A stretch of 63,817 nt of DNA, counting the filler, from Vannella sp. (lineage: Eukaryota): assembly GCA_023345925.1 (NCBI GenBank). It is 6 parts of 6 records of this genome, joined end to end, with 100 filler letters (N's around TTAATTAATTAA, not from the genome) between each part and the next. Parts side by side here need not be neighbours in the genome. Positions count along the whole stretch, not along the records: positions 50,103 to 63,817 come from JAJQQN010000135.1; 5 more parts are not named here. One strand, written 5' to 3'. Below the pieces are notes generated by a model, which saw nothing but the letters and a program-made list of their open reading frames with translations, was not told the origin of the DNA and searched no databases. Shown one piece after another: positions 62,695 through 63,817 of this stretch (the first letter of the stretch is position 1; every line of letters starts with the position of its first letter). The translations under genes and the position numbers were made by a program.

Positions 62695-63334
62695 ATGGGT
62701 CGTCCCTTCGGCCTTCCTTGTCCGTTCTCTTGTTTTCGGAGCTACATCTACAAGATTCTCAAGCTTTGTCGTAGCGACGCGGAGATATCGCAGAGGGCCA
62801 TGACGATGTGCAACGACTTCGTGGTGGCTCTTTACCTGCGCATGGAGGAGACAGCGGTGAAGCAGCTAGAGAGGAACCAGCACAACATCATTACTTCTTG
62901 CGAAGTCCAAACCGCCGTGGGTTTGCTCCTTTCAGGAGAGTTGGCTACTCGTGCAGTTGCCAAAGGAATGGAAGCAGAGCGTAAGTTCAAGAGCACTCAA
63001 GGCCTTCAAAAGAGTGAAAGAGCGGGAGTGACGTTTCCTGTTGGTCGTTTGCATGCTTTGTTGAAGTTCAGGCTGAAGCAAAATCAAAGTCAGTGCTCCG
63101 GTCTACTTGGCAGCTGTCCTAGATTATGTGGTGAGAGAGATACTGGAGGTGGAGGCCATCAGTGCGTTTGAGCCGGAAGACCTTCTTCTCACTCCAAGTA
63201 ACATTTTCTCGAGCATCTCGCAGGATTCGGAGATGAACCAACTCTTGGCTAACGTTGGCCTCGCTCTCATCAAAGTTCCATCCAGATCTTATCCGAAGTA
63301 CTTTCAACACGTGCGGTTGGTGGAAATCCAATGA
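62695..63334 (+). pseudogene. Divergent H2B-H2A histone doublet (fusion) gene with one frameshift near 63080; pseudogene or sequencing error
   Basis: H2B fold: SYIYKILK...EISQRAM...ITSCEVQTAVGLLLSGELATRAVAKG. It reads in frame into H2A: KSERAGVTFPVGRLHALLK. After a +1 shift: SAPVYLAAVLDYVVREILE...LTP...I.QDSEMNQLL. Confidence 0.85.
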
Positions 63335-63450
63335 TCTGATTCTTATCGCTCCCACAACCAAAGCCTCTTTCATTCCTATTGGAATCATGAAGGAACTTCG
63401 TTTCACTAAAGCCTTCCGCTGTTTGAATGATGCGACCTGTTTGCGGCGGT

Positions 63451-63817
63451 CCTCTGGAGGCCGACCTAGATTCTGACATACTCAGGCCCCTGTAAGAGCT
63501 GAGTTTCAGACAGCTACCAATATCTTTGCTACCGATATCGTTTTGAGCCTTCAAATATCACTTTGGACGCTTGGAAGAGGAGAAATTTAGGTCGACCTCT
63601 GACCTAGATTCTGACATAGTCATTCGCCTGCAAAAGCTGATTTCTGCGCCGATATCATTTTTGTCACCACATATCAACTGAGACCTTTAAAAATCACTAT
63701 GGATGCTTGCAAGGGAGGAAATCTAGGTCGACCTCTGGAGGTCGACCTAGATTCTGACATACTCAGGCCCCTGCGAATGCTGATTTCTTCGGTTATATCA
63801 TTATTACCATTATTTAT
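63451..63817. repeat. Degenerate ~140-bp tandem repeat with palindromic core, running off the window end
   Basis: GACCTAGATTCTGACATA at 63463, 63601 and 63744 (periods 138 and 143 bp). Confidence 0.85.

Noticed and set aside
63066..63078. 13-nt GT..AG micro-intron that would repair the histone frameshift
   Set aside because: Far below the intron size seen elsewhere here, with no branch site, and it would shorten the H2A loop.
63451..63817. CRISPR array
   Set aside because: The context is eukaryotic, the inter-repeat sequences are homologous to each other rather than unique spacers, the period is about 140 bp, and no cas genes are present.

Overview
Eukaryotic nuclear DNA from a very compact genome with standard genetic code, short (about 35-55 nt) GT-AG introns and tiny intergenic gaps. 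The gene content suggests an amoeboid protist, probably an amoebozoan (inference). The window is six unrelated contigs joined by five artificial 100-nt N-TTAATTAATTAA-N spacers, so synteny across spacers is meaningless. About 30 genes can be read by hand. Recognisable ones are SelO, PSMD1/RPN2, GPR107-like, NifS-type desulfurase, ASNSD1, two 2OG-Fe(II) oxygenases, a GRAM-TBC RabGAP, PTEN-like, DnaJ-TM, BTB, SGT1, VPS8, a mucin-like GPI protein, SLC45-like MFS, an alpha/beta hydrolase, EXPERA, PCYOX-like, DENN, COQ9, kanadaptin, an RluA pseudouridine synthase, filamin/ABP-120, OSCA/TMEM63 and RPC2. The most notable signals are: (1) a tailless, divergent H2B-H2A histone doublet gene, frameshifted and followed by a palindromic ~140-bp tandem repeat; (2) a PP2A B56 regulatory domain fused to a PDK1-like kinase; (3) a SelO with an apparent secretory signal peptide; (4) two intronless RCC1 paralogs that differ mostly at equivalent loop positions; (5) a giant intronless Cys-rich repeat surface protein. 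All gene models and family calls come from manual motif recognition and were not checked by database search.
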